Positions 1 through 12,530 of a stretch of DNA of 64,000 nucleotides are shown piece by piece (position 1 is the first letter of the stretch; each line of letters begins with the position of its first letter). The position numbers were made by a program, and so were the translations under genes. The stretch is from assembly GCA_964016885.1 (NCBI GenBank), contig OZ024752.1:3534001-3598000 (forward strand). Direction: 5' to 3'. The notes beneath the pieces are model-generated. The model searched no databases. It was not told the DNA's origin and was given only the letters and a program-made list of their open reading frames with translations. This DNA is from Eledone cirrhosa. Its lineage: Eukaryota.

Positions 1-55
1 ATATGTGTGTATGTGTGTATGTATGTGTATGTGCGTGTGTATCCGTGTGTGTGTG

Positions 56-90
<35 letters not shown>

Positions 91-235
91 GTATGTATAT
101 GTATGTGTATATATATATATATATATATATTTGTGTATATATATGTATGTGTGTATATATATATGTATATATATATGTATGTATGTGTGTGTGTGTGTAT
201 GTGTGTATATATATATATATGTGTATATATGTATA

Positions 236-334
<99 letters not shown>

Positions 335-540
335 GTATTATATATGTGTGCGTATGTATATGTGTATATGTATTTTATATATGTATGTATGTATGTATGT
401 GTGTATGCATGTGCGTGTACATGAATATATATTTGTATATATTTATATACTTTTTTTATATATGTGTGTGTGTTTTTATGTGTGTATTTGTGTTTATGTG
501 TGTGTTTATGGTTGCGCGTAAGTGTGTGAGTGAGTATGTG
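1..540. repeat. Compound (TA)n/(TG)n microsatellite
   Basis: Direct reading; source of the spurious YI/CV ORFs. Confidence 0.95.
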
Positions 541-1082
541 TGTTTTTTTGGTGGTTTTTTTTAGGTGTGGCTTTTTTTGTTTTTCTGTTTTTTTGGTCTT
601 TTTGGGGTTTCTTTGTTTTTTTGTTTTTTTGTGAATGTGTCTGTTGATTTGGCATATTGTTGATTAGTTTAAGAGAAGTTCGAAGATAATAGTAAGATAT
701 GCACTCAGTATTTTGAATCTGTCTGCAGAATTCCCTAGACCTTTGTCACTTAGCAGAACTTAATGACTTTAGCTTTTAAAGAATCTCCCTTTTCTTTAAT
801 TCTATCGAGCATGAATGACCCCCCACTGATTTTATAGACATCTGCTAGCTTAAGAGAAACTTATTGACAAGGAATGGTATGCCATCCGGAACTTGTTTAT
901 AGATTTCTGTCTGCCTTTGTTACTCTAAAAACATAAATAAATATAAATTAACTATAGCTATGTAGAATTAGCCTTTAATGAATTCCCTTCTCTATCAACC
1001 AATGACCTGCACCCATCCCACTCCCCACCCTCTCCTACCACCTGTAGAGACCTATAAATACCATATTTATTTTTTGATACCC

Positions 1083-1133
1083 AGATTCCTGATGATTTCT
1101 AATGAATGAAACAGTTCTAGTCCTGTAGAATCT
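1083..1133 (+). ncRNA. Type I hammerhead ribozyme motif in a PLE-type terminal fragment
   Basis: AGATTC-CTGATGA-T-TTC(taat)GAA-T-GAAA-CAG(ttctagtc)CTG-TA^GAATCT; 6-bp helix I, GUA triplet. Confidence 0.8.
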
Positions 1134-1216
1134 CTTCTATATTAAAACTATTATACTCTGCTATGTATTGAGTACCTTACTTACTGTGGTTACCTCCGAT
1201 TCAACCCGGAATAACG

Positions 1217-1250
<34 letters not shown>

Positions 1251-1299
1251 TACACACACACGTACACACACGCACTCACACACATACATATATGTATAT

Positions 1300-1445
1300 A
1301 GAACCGTAAGAACGTGGGAAAGAATGCTTTATGGTAATAGTTTCGGCTCTCTGCTCTCTGAGTTCAAATCCCACCGAGGTCTAATTTGCCTTTCATCTTT
1401 TCGCGGTCGATAAAAAAGTACCAGTGAAATACTGCGTCGATTTTT
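1300..1445 (+). mobile_element. tRNA-derived SINE (Meta/MESC-like core), degenerate
   Basis: B-box GAGTTCAAATCC followed by TTTGCCTTTCATC..GGTCGATAAAA..GTACCAG. Confidence 0.75.
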
Positions 1446-2364
1446 CCCTATATCTCTTTCCCATGCCGCTGTCTATCACTTGTCTATCTTTCTCTGTAAG
1501 AAAGACGCTGTACTCAGGCTTAAAATAGCGAAGAAACGCCCTATGTGAATACAGCGCCCTATGACTCTATCAGGAGTTATGGGACCATACATATATATGG
1601 TATTTTATAACTTGTTCTTACAAATAATATTTCTGAAAGATATACTTCATTATCGTGGCTTGAATACTTTTAATCTTAGGTTTGCTAGCTCAGGAATTGC
1701 TGTCAATTATAGATTGGTTAATTTCCCTAGCAGAATTGTCTGGCAAAACCTAGCTGCAATGTGTTCGATGTATATCATAATGGCATGGTGAAAATATGGT
1801 TATTATGAATATTCTAAGAAAGAATGTAGGTCAGATGACAGTGCAGGAGAATATTTCTTGTTTTCAGACGCTGCTCATGAATATGTTTGCTTTCTGGAAA
1901 AAAGGTTTATATATGTCTTCATGCTCAACTTCATATGATAATGCCCATTTGCCAATTTATAATCACCAGAGAATGCGCTCTCATTCACATCATTGGGGAA
2001 TTGGTATTTTTGCTTTGTTTTGCTTCTTCCTTTTTCTCGTTTAGACGGCATCACTGGAAATATATAAGAACACCACAAACTAATAAAAGTTGCAATACAC
2101 TAAAATAAAACACAATAAACGAACATAAACGAATAAAAAAATAAAATAATATTGTCGTGACAGGCTTGTCAAAATTATGACAATAATAATATTCATTTCT
2201 AACATTGCTATAGATACAGAAGTGAATATAAAACTGGTTAAAGTATATTGAATCGATTTCACATTATGTACATGTTATTTATATGTTCATCCCCGAGAAG
2301 GAAGATAAAATCAAGCTCGTTGCGATTTGAACTATGATCGTGTATAGGTATTTTGTCTGGAGCG

Positions 2365-2423
<59 letters not shown>

Positions 2424-2762
2424 CTCTCTCTCTCTCCTTCTCTCTCTCTCCTTCTCTATCTCACTTAATACAACCAAATGATGAAAGTTTCAATGTGTTT
2501 ATCGTCATATAAATAGATGTTCTACATAATGTAGTCTGAGTACAATATTGAAACAATTGATCATATAACTGGTGAATCAGGGCTAAGGTTGGGCAAGGCA
2601 ACGAGAGAAAAATAAATTGTAACTATTTATCTATTAGAAGACTATATGTTCTATACGAACGGAGGACTTGCTACAAATAATACTCTGATAAATTAAATAA
2701 CTTCTAAGATTATTTTAAAAGGATACCTATAATCGATTATATATAAAAGGGTATGTTACTCG

Positions 2763-2815
2763 TGAGTGAAATAAAGTGTCTTGCTCAAGGACACAGCACG
2801 GCGCTGGGAATCGAA
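2763..2815 (-). mobile_element. Fragment of a second tRNA-derived SINE family
   Basis: Minus strand TTCGATTCCC..GTGTCCTTGAGCAAGACACTTTATTTCAC, similar to 30012-30128. Confidence 0.55.
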
Positions 2816-2964
2816 TAGTGTATATAACAATACTATCATTCTTTTCTAACAGTGTAGAACGAACTTTAATAATATTGTCGAACGCTCAGGCTGGGAACCC
2901 CAGATTTACAGGAAAAACCAACATATATGATTACAAATAGGACAAAGAGAGCAAGCAATCCATC

Positions 2965-3056
<92 letters not shown>

Positions 3057-3314
3057 CTAGAAAGCTACCAGTTCTATGACCAGCGTGTATAAATGTACGT
3101 GGCCTCAGGTTGTTCTGAAATCAGGTTTGCTTCTTCAACGACCCCAAGTTATGCCACAGACTGTTGTGTGTAATGTGCTCAGATTTTGTGTACATCATTT
3201 TGGTTAATTAATATACTACTACTACTGTTGCTGTTGCTGCTGTCATTGCCACGCACACCACCACCACCACCGTCGTCGTCGTTGTTGTTGTTGCTGCTAC
3301 AACCTCTTCTATCT

Positions 3315-3445
3315 CACCGAAGTTAACTTAGCTTTTCTTCTTTACAGGATCAATAAAATAAAGTACCAGTAACGTACTGGGTCAATTTAATCGAATTTTT
3401 CCCACGCCCAAAATTGTTGACCTTGTGCCTAAATCAGAATTTATA
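3315..3445 (+). mobile_element. SINE 3' half (Meta/MESC-like family)
   Basis: ATAAAATAAAGTACCAGT..ACTGGGTC..CCTTGTGCCTAAA. Confidence 0.65.
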
Positions 3446-3469
3446 ATTATTATTATTATTATTATTATT

Positions 3470-3977
3470 GTTGTTGGAGTCTCAGTCATTGATGTTATTT
3501 AACTGCAAAGTTTGTTGAAATGAATATCAAGCCGTTACCTGCAGCCTCAGATATTCAGGACGTATCGGAGGGTTCTTGCTGTTCCCAGCAAGTATGCTTT
3601 TGAAGTGTTCCAAAAAGCGGGGCTGGACTAACTTTATTTAACCATCCTTGGAAACTCTTTGAGATAGTACCTAGTGCGCCTATGACAATCGGGACGACTC
3701 TGACTTCATGGCAGTTCCAAATCCTTTTTACCCCCCACTTTAAGTCCTGGTATCGGTTAATTTTCTCCCTCTCCTTCTCTTGCACTCTCGTGTCAAATGG
3801 GCAGGCTACATCTACAATCAGGCACGATATTTTTTCCTTGTCCAAAACGATCAGGTCAGGCCTATTGTGTTCCAGCTGCTTATCCGTCTGTATCCTAAAA
3901 TCCCATAGCACCTTCACCTGATCGTTTTCTATCACTGACTCTGGCTTATGCTCATACCACTTCTCAGAATGTGGTAA
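3470..3977 (-). mobile_element. 3' end of an R4/Dong-like non-LTR retrotransposon (restriction-like endonuclease domain)
   Basis: ORF 3555-3935: LWDFRIQTD..HNRPDLIVLDK..IVDVACPFD..EKINRYQDL..VVPIVIGALG (RLE PD..D motif); (ATT)n on both sides. Confidence 0.85.
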
Positions 3978-4097
<120 letters not shown>

Positions 4098-4694
4098 TTG
4101 GCTGCTGCATTTATTGTTTTCTACTTACGGGGGTTTCTTCTAATCGTCATTCTCCTAGTTCCTCTTCTGCACATCATCACATTTTCCCCCAATCTTCTAG
4201 TTACATTCGGTTTCCCCAGTATCTCCTATATTTCCACTTACTTTCTTCCTCTCACTTTATACCCCTAGTCTGGTTATTCCCCATTTTTACTCCCCATCCC
4301 ATATCCTCCTCCTCAACCTTCTCGTCTTTCTATCTCACTCTGTTTCTCTTTATAAATAAACCAGTGATCTCTGCTCTGGTAATTCCACTATTGTCTGCTT
4401 CATAAATTTTCTGAGACAAAAACGGCATCTATTTTTGAGACAGTTGCGTCTAGAACTTATTGGACGTCTTTTGAACATTAAGTATTCTTTAACAAAAAAA
4501 TGAAGCTGCAAAAAGATCAGCAACATCAACACTAGTAACAACAACAACAGAAACAATCATTATAATCTGTAAGAAAAATAACATTTTATGAGAATTTTGT
4601 TGAAATGCTTTTCTTTTTTTCACAAATGTATCGTATTACTATCAATTTATTAAGTTATCATCGTTGCAAATATTGTGTTTGATCATCAAAGTTA

Positions 4695-4836
4695 TTGTTA
4701 TCATCATCATCATCATTACCATCATCATCGTCAATATCATCATCACCACCGCCATCATCGTCATTATCATCAATACCACCACTATCATCGTCATCATCAT
4801 CATCATTACCATCTTCATCACCATCATCATCATCAA
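4695..4836. repeat. Imperfect (CAT)n microsatellite
   Basis: Direct reading. Confidence 0.9.
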
Positions 4837-4916
4837 TGACAGTATCTACACCGTCACAAGGAGTAAATTAATAAAACGTCAATAATCACCATCATCATTA
4901 TGATAATCAGTATAAG

Positions 4917-5086
4917 TGTTTCTACTTTAGGCACAAGGCCAGCAATTACCCAGTGCATTACTGGTACTTTATTTTATCGACCCCGTAGGGATGAAAGGCA
5001 AACTTTACCTCGGCGGGATTTGAACTCAGATCGTAAAGGGACGCAACTATGCTGGAAAGCATGGCGTCCGACCCTCTACGGATCAG
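4917..5086 (-). mobile_element. tRNA-derived SINE, near full length
   Basis: Reverse-complement match to the copy at 51965-52153. Confidence 0.85.
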
Positions 5087-5139
5087 TATAATGTTCCTTA
5101 TGTTCAATATATCTATCGTCTTTGTCAACCCTCTCCTTC

Positions 5140-5290
5140 GTACCGAGTTCAACTCCAGCCGAGGTTACGTTAGCCTTTCACCATTACAAGATCGACAAAA
5201 CAAAGTACCAGGAATTCATTGGGGTCGAATTAATCAACTTTCCTCTTCCCTTCTAATTTCTGCCCGTGTACCAAACATAGAAGTAATTAT
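5140..5290 (+). mobile_element. SINE, degenerate 3' part
   Basis: GAGTTCAACTCC..CCGAGGTT..GCCTTTCA..AAAGTACCAG. Confidence 0.6.
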
Positions 5291-5468
5291 CATTTTAGGT
5301 TGTGATGTTGGTCATAGTAAATATTATGAATACTGGCGATTGTACTGTCTCTGGAGGACCACATAGACCTGATCCAGGCAGTACCTGTCTCGGCACGTGT
5401 AATGCCGTCTATTGCTGTCTGTTTGGGGCAAACAATTTAGATTTCGATGTCTATTCGCAATTATGTTC

Positions 5469-5470
<2 letters not shown>

Positions 5471-5523
<53 letters not shown>

Positions 5524-5677
5524 CGGCAGTAGTAGTAATAGTAGCGGCAGTAGTAGTAGTAGTAGCGGCAGCAGCAGTAGTAGTAGTAGCAGCAGCAGCA
5601 GTAGTAATGTAGTAGTAGCAGTAGTAGCAGTCGTAGTAGTATAGTAGTAGTAATTGCAGTAGTAGTAGTAGTAGTAT

Positions 5678-5739
<62 letters not shown>

Positions 5740-5804
5740 ACAGCAGTAGTAGTAGTAACAGCAGCAGCAGCACTAGTAGTAGTAATAGTAGTAGTAGTAA
5801 CAGC

Positions 5805-5841
<37 letters not shown>

Positions 5842-5865
5842 ATAGTAGTAGTAGCAGCAGCAGTA
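5471..5865. repeat. (TAG)n/(CAG)n compound microsatellite
   Basis: Direct reading. Confidence 0.95.
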
Positions 5866-6443
5866 GTGGTGATGGTTTTGGGTGGTGGTTGTGGTACTGC
5901 TGCAGTTGGCGCTGATGTTAATGATGATAATGGTTGATATTAGTGGTGAGAAGATTCTAGAAAATGACAAACAAATTTTCTTGAAGTATTTTTTGAAGGC
6001 CCCTTTATCTTGCTTGTGTCACTGAGTATGTGGGCTGTAGATGACAAACAATCAGGGGAGTGAAAACTAATTCTCAAGTTTGCTTTAACTGCATAGACAT
6101 ATTAAAAAATATGTATAAATCTATAGAAAAACGATAACAAAAAGCCGATATACTGAAATCCAACAACGTCACGTTCTTAATAAGATAGCATCGAACTAAC
6201 AATTGCTTCCCATTCGGCAAAGTTTTTTTTTTATACATATATGTCGGTGTATGAGAAGTTATATGTGATTGTGACGGCGTGTCGCTGTGTCAGCCTGTTT
6301 ATACGTGTATGTTTATATTAAAACTAAATCAAATATATTATATGAAGGCGCATAAATGATAAATGATTTGCGAAAGATGGAAAGACAGTGGGCGATGCCG
6401 GTGAAAGAGAGAGAGAGAGAGAGAGTGAGAGAGAGAGAGTGAG

Positions 6444-6508
<65 letters not shown>

Positions 6509-6573
6509 AACAACAACATTTCAATAATCATGTCCAGGTCTAAACACAGGGAAAGACAGCTTACCGATTCATA

Positions 6574-6621
<48 letters not shown>

Positions 6622-6667
6622 AGAGTGTGTGTGTAAGTGAGTGGGTGTGTGTGTGTATATATATATG

Positions 6668-6759
<92 letters not shown>

Positions 6760-7119
6760 TATAAAGGTAGATAGCCAAATAGATATAATATCATTTTAGC
6801 ATTGGTGGTCGCGCTAGTGAACACTCAATATATATATATGTGTGTGTGTGTGTTTATTTTTAAGTATATATATGTGTATGTATGTGTATATGCGTGTATG
6901 TATGTATAAAGTGCATGTGTGTTTAGAAAACGGCGAGCATATTTCAGAATTGAATTATATTTCTCCATAACTTAGACAACATAAAATAGTCGAATATAAG
7001 GAAACTGAAAAGAAAAAGATGGGAATCTCTGATATTCATATTTTCCCGTTCGGTGTTCTAACCCGCACTATTGTTATTAGATTATCTTATTTACAATGAC
7101 ATCTTATAATTCAATTGTT

Positions 7120-7199
<80 letters not shown>

Positions 7200-7650
7200 C
7201 GGTGTGCCTCACTTGACGCTTTCGTAGACAGCCGTCGCCACTGATTTCTATTCTACGCGTAGAATGGTCTCCATGTTGTGACCACGAAATCTTTGATGAT
7301 GTCGGATCAGGATTTTCTTTGTCTACCTCTCCTTCACCCTCCCTCGACTTTGCCTTGAAGGTTGGTTTTAGACAAGATGCGGTGGTATACCAAGAACACT
7401 CCTGTCTACGCATCATTGCAAGGGATGTTTCCTGTCTGACAGACTATTTATTAACTTGCTGAATGGCGATGCTCTGTGCAAGAGATTTGTAGCAGTAATC
7501 TGAGGCACTTGTTCTCAAATGCCTGGATTTTTAGTTCCATGTCAGCTTTGAGAGTTCGACTCTCACGCCCACAAACAAGGATCAAATTCCCAAGGACTTG
7601 TACAATTTGAACATCGTTGAAAAATGGGAGTTGCTTTTCCATATGACTTT
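7200..7650 (-). mobile_element. RTE-clade LINE 3' fragment (decayed)
   Basis: TLKADMELKIQAFENKCLRLLLQIS..EH matches the RTE C-terminal region; ends in the (TG)n tract at 7122-7198. Confidence 0.7.
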
Positions 7651-8143
7651 CAACTTTGCCAAATACGTGTTGTTACTTTTTTGTGTGTATACGTTTTACG
7701 GAAGTGAATGGACAAAAACAACGTCAACAATATTAATTTTAAGGAAGAAATAAAGGAAAAAATAATCGAAAAAATCACGTCTATTAAAACAAATCTCTTT
7801 TTGACCGTATTATAGAAGCACATCGTAATATGACTAATCATATATACATACATGAGCGTGTAGTTTGAAAATTGAGCAAAACCTCGAAGTCTTAAGCCAG
7901 CCTGTCTAGAGAAATCTATGATATAAGTAGCAATCAATAAGATAGAAATGACTGTAATAAATTGTATTGCAGCATTGGCAATCACCTTATATATAGTAGT
8001 AAATATTTCTCCAAAACGTTTCAACAAATTCCAGGCGACGAGAAAAGATTATCGCCATCTTTATCTCCAGTTTGCTAGAGAAGTATTGAAAATTGACATT
8101 GATTTATAAGGAAACAAATTTTCTCATTTCTTTCTCACTCTCC

Positions 8144-8244
<101 letters not shown>

Positions 8245-8447
8245 AGAGAGAGAGGGAATGAAAAAGGGGGACAAAAAGGAAATTAGATAGAGAGTATGTA
8301 TATGATTAAGAGAAACAGTGAAAGAGAATAGAAAAAGAAAGAAAGAAATATTCCTTTTCTAACTCTTTCTCGCCTTTACTCTATTTTTCTCTTCTCTGTC
8401 TCTCTCTCTCTCTCTATATATATATGCATATATATATATATATATAT

Positions 8448-9315
8448 ACTAGCAGAGGTACCCGGCGTTGCTCGGGTATTAAATAGCAGTTATGTATACC
8501 ATTTATACCAATACTTCACTGCTGCTTCGAAAACTATACTTTTACAAAATCATCGGTTTTTTCCAAAAAAAGATTCCTGCCCCCAGGCGTTGCCTACTCA
8601 ATATATGCCAATTCTGGGAGTTCACATTCATCTGTAGAACAAACGTAGCCCATGTGTCAAATTTTGTGAAAATCCGTTGCGAACTCCAGAAGTTATGACG
8701 TTTGTTACATTTTACTGCAATGTTACAGTCGACTCCAAGGAAGCCGCTAAAAGGTTTATGTGCCGGGAGGCCTTATAATCAATATCTAGAAAAATGAAAG
8801 TGCCCATGACCATTCGGAGTACATAAGTATCCTATGTCTTAAGTTTAGTGAAAATACTGTAGAAATGCATAAGGTTTACACACACCCGCGCGCGTGTGTG
8901 TTTGTTTGTGTGTGTATGTCCGTCGGGGCATACGTATGCACTGGCCTAAATCTTCACTATTTACTTTTACTATTTTAATAACCTCTGTCATTTTCGTTTA
9001 CAGTTTTATTTACATCATTCTTAAACTCATTCGGTTATTTTAAATAGAACATTAGTCTAACAATTCCATTTATACCATAACATTGGTCTTGTCTTTGCAT
9101 GAAATTGTTCTTCTCGGTCCACATAACGACGTATTATCCTCGCTTTTTTCCGTTCATTGCCAGGGAACGTCTTCCTGAACCAAAATATCGTCTTCCTGTT
9201 TTCCTTCGAAATACTTACTTCTGCTCTCACAGATTGAATTTTTTAGTTTCAGAAGATCCCGTTAATTTTGAAAGCACCGATTCGTTGCTTAAACTTTAAT
9301 CTGTTCTTATAACAA

Positions 9316-9348
<33 letters not shown>

Positions 9349-9723
9349 TGCGTTTGTTGTGTGTGTGTGTGTGTGTGTGTGCGGACATAAATATATAACA
9401 CACACAGTCACAGTCAGTCTTCTGTGAAAGAGAGAAAGAGAAGTTAGGTTGGGGAAAGAGGAGAGTTGAACAGTGTGTAAAGAATAGATAAATAAAAGTT
9501 AAAGTTCCTCACTCTCTTTCTTTCTTTCACAACCTCTCTCTCTCTTTTTTCTCATACCCTCTCTCTCTTCCTCTACAGAATGGAGAACAATAAAGACCGC
9601 GCAGATCTCTCTCCCTCTCTCTCTCTGACTTTATATATATATGTGTTTGTGTGTGTGTGTGAAATAGCGTTCGTCGCCATTCTCTCTCTATCTGAATATA
9701 TTGTACCTCTCTCTGTATAACGA

Positions 9724-9779
<56 letters not shown>

Positions 9780-10030
9780 TCCCTTTCTCTCTTTAGATGT
9801 ATATGTATATGTGTGTGTATGTGTGTGTGTGTGTTTCTGTGTAGTTTTCGTGCAACCAGCCAACCAATATTTATTTAGGGGCCGCATTAAAAAAACTTGA
9901 AACTGTTATGAGTGCAAAACACTCCTGGGAACATAATGCATATTTGTTTCAAATTGGAAGAAAATCGGTTGCAAGCTGTAGAAGTTCTGTGGGTACGGAC
10001 ATACACACATCCTCAGTTTATATATATATT
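8448..10030 (-). mobile_element. Probable non-autonomous Helitron with internal insertions
   Basis: Minus-strand 3' end CCCG(agcaacgc)CGGG..CTAG|T at 8448-8477; 5' end TATATAAACTGAGGATGTGTG..CAACCGATTTTCTTC similar to 28290-28380. Confidence 0.55.
9245..9295 (+). ncRNA. Decayed HHR-like motif, CAGAAGA family
   Basis: AGTTT-CAGAAGA..GAAA-GCA..TGC-TT^AAACT; helix II disrupted (GGG replaced by TTT). Confidence 0.4.
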
Positions 10031-10269
10031 TATATATATCAAAATTATAGTGCTTATTCACGTGACATTCAACAACCAACCAAATCACGAACGCACTATC
10101 TCAAAATTATTTTTGAAAAGCATTTGAAATGCGCAAACGGTAAAAAACTTAAAACTAACACTGAATACTAACCATTACTTATTACTAGTTTATAGTTATT
10201 CCTAATTAAACTATTTTTCACTGGAAAAAATCTGTCAACATTTTCTTTTCCTTTTTACTAATATATATG

Positions 10270-10343
<74 letters not shown>

Positions 10344-10639
10344 TATATGTATTTATATAGTAATAATCAGCGATTCTTTGCTTAAACTTTTGTATATATA
10401 TAGAGAGATAGATATAAATATGTATATGTGCATAAATGTGTGTTTATATGTATATATATGTATATTTATATATGTATATATAGGTATATGTGTGTGTGTG
10501 CGTGTGTGTGTGTGTGTCTGTGTGAATGTAACGAAGATAATACGTCAGCAATGACGTGTTCGTCAGAATGTCGTTATGCAGACAGCCAGACGTACAGACA
10601 GATATTATAAGGGGTCGACGGAGATGGATAACCGGCGCC

Positions 10640-10799
10640 TAACACCCCTTTAACAACAGAAAATTGAAAAATAAAAGCTGCAGTTAGTATCTTTAGACCG
10701 CAAGGAATGTATAAATGCAGGTTTGAAGTCAATCGTAGTAGAAATGTGGATTTGAATAGACTTTCCAAAAATGAGGGGGGGGGGACACAGGCAACATCA

Positions 10800-10803
<4 letters not shown>
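10640..10803 (+). repeat. Unclassified interspersed repeat, also at 26577-26735
   Basis: Shared CCCCTTTAACAACAGAAAATTGAAAAATAA..CTTTAGACCGCAAGGAATGTAT..CAACATCAGTTT. Confidence 0.75.
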
Positions 10804-10853
<50 letters not shown>

Positions 10854-11107
10854 GTTCAAGAGTAACCAATCATAAAGAGAGAGATGGAGATAGGAGAGGA
10901 GAAGAGAGATTGGTGAATTAGTTAGAAGCCAAGGCGTAAAGGCATGTGCTCATTATAAGGAGTAGCGAAACAATTGTAAACGGACATTATTAGTATTATT
11001 ATTATTATTATTATTATTCACATTCCTTACATTAAACTAAAACTATGTTGACAATCTTTTAATGTCTTCCTTGTGAAATGTGTGGTCTTGTTTTGCTTAA
11101 CTAATGA

Positions 11108-11174
<67 letters not shown>

Positions 11175-11218
11175 GAAAATAAAACAAAGAAGCCTTCAAT
11201 ACATCAAAAGTCTTTATT

Positions 11219-11258
11219 AGCCAACAATGTTTCGTCCTATTAAGGACTCATCAGGGCC
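11219..11258 (-). ncRNA. Minimal type I hammerhead ribozyme motif
   Basis: GGCC-CTGATGA-GTCCT(taat)AGGAC-GAAA-C(att)G-TT^GGCT. Confidence 0.8.
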
Positions 11259-11639
11259 ATTAAAACTACAAGAAGTACTATCGGACAGTACAAGCCGAAA
11301 TCTCCGAAGAATATGGAGTGTACATACACTAAAGTATTGGAAGATTATGGGTAAAAATATATAATAAAAATCACTACGGAGGTGGATAACATTTTGAACC
11401 ATATTACAAATATAGTCCAAAGCAAAAAAAAAACTAGAGCTAAACAAAAGTGGTTATATAGAGCGGGAATTATAGTACTATATGTAATACAATATAATAT
11501 AATATAATATACTTGTAACAATATTAAAATTTAAATTAAAATTATATATATATATATATATATACACATATGAGGGGAATAAAGGTGATGCCATCTACTT
11601 GAGGCATTGGGGAATATGAAAATGAAGATTTGGTATGCA

Positions 11640-11715
11640 AACTCAGATTTGAAAGGGCCGTAACTCTATGAGTCAAAGCATGGTATCCGACACTCTACCG
11701 ATACTGCCAATCCAC
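11640..11715 (-). mobile_element. SINE 5' half
   Basis: A-box TGGCAGTATCGGTAGAG on the minus strand. Confidence 0.65.
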
Positions 11716-11866
11716 AAAAAATAATGACTGGTAAATATGAAATATTGGAACTAATAAATCACTATTTTTCTTTTATTTTCTTCATTCTGTTACTTCTTGC
11801 TTTTTACCCCCTCTCTCTCAATTCGCCACCGACTCATTGTCTCGGTATTTCAAAAAAACTTGCATC

Positions 11867-11896
11867 GTACGGCTTCCTAAACATACCCTACTTTCA

Positions 11897-11970
<74 letters not shown>

Positions 11971-12000
11971 TGAAAGTAGGGTATGTTTAGGAAGCCGTAC
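11867..12000. repeat. Inverted repeat (~39-bp arms) enclosing a (TA)n tract
   Basis: GTACGGCTTCCTAAACATACCCTACTTTCATATATGTGT and its reverse complement. Confidence 0.9.
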
Positions 12001-12336
12001 TCACGGTTGGGTGCGGATGCATTCATGTATATGTGTGTGTCCACATGTATCTGTGTGTTTCTAAATATATTGTTAATAACTCCCTCTGGTCGAGCAATCT
12101 TTGAAGTGTGGGGACTGGTGGAAAGCTTCCATTACTCATACTTCTCGCCTCCTTCACCACCTCTTCTACGGCTTCGATATGAATACCCCCTCCGCCTCCG
12201 TGGTATTTTCTTCGGGGTTATAAGAGGCTTAGCTCTGTTTCTCGACCGTTATATCGCGTGACTATCTCCCCCTCCGCCTTTTGGGATTCTTTCTCACGTC
12301 GTGTAGACGCGTTCTTGAGACTAGTAAAATGAGGTA

Positions 12337-12426
12337 TCCTCTTGATAAGTCGGCAGACCTCGCAAGGACTCTATATCTTTATGATGTATTGTTTTTGTTT
12401 ATGCCACGAAACTACGTAGTCGAGGA
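12337..12426 (+). ncRNA. Type I HHR motif, U3-A8 core variant
   Basis: TCCTC-TTGATAA-GT(c)GGCA..TGCCAC-GAAA-CT(acgt)AG-TC^GAGGA. Confidence 0.75.
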
Positions 12427-12495
12427 ATATAGGAGCAGTTTAGGTATGATACATTTTATTACTAATTATATCTAAATGTTTCTTCTCCCTTCATA

Positions 12496-12530
<35 letters not shown>

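Noticed and set aside
3-564. Long YI/CV-rich ORFs here and at 26027, 49130, 50238-51148 and 56682
   Set aside because: Translations of stop-free microsatellites; no coding signal
1500-2080. Unique-looking sequence with several short ORFs
   Set aside because: No recognisable protein motif or splice structure; possibly an old transposon remnant
5324-5970. Poly-L/S/T/Y ORFs
   Set aside because: Translations of (TAG)n
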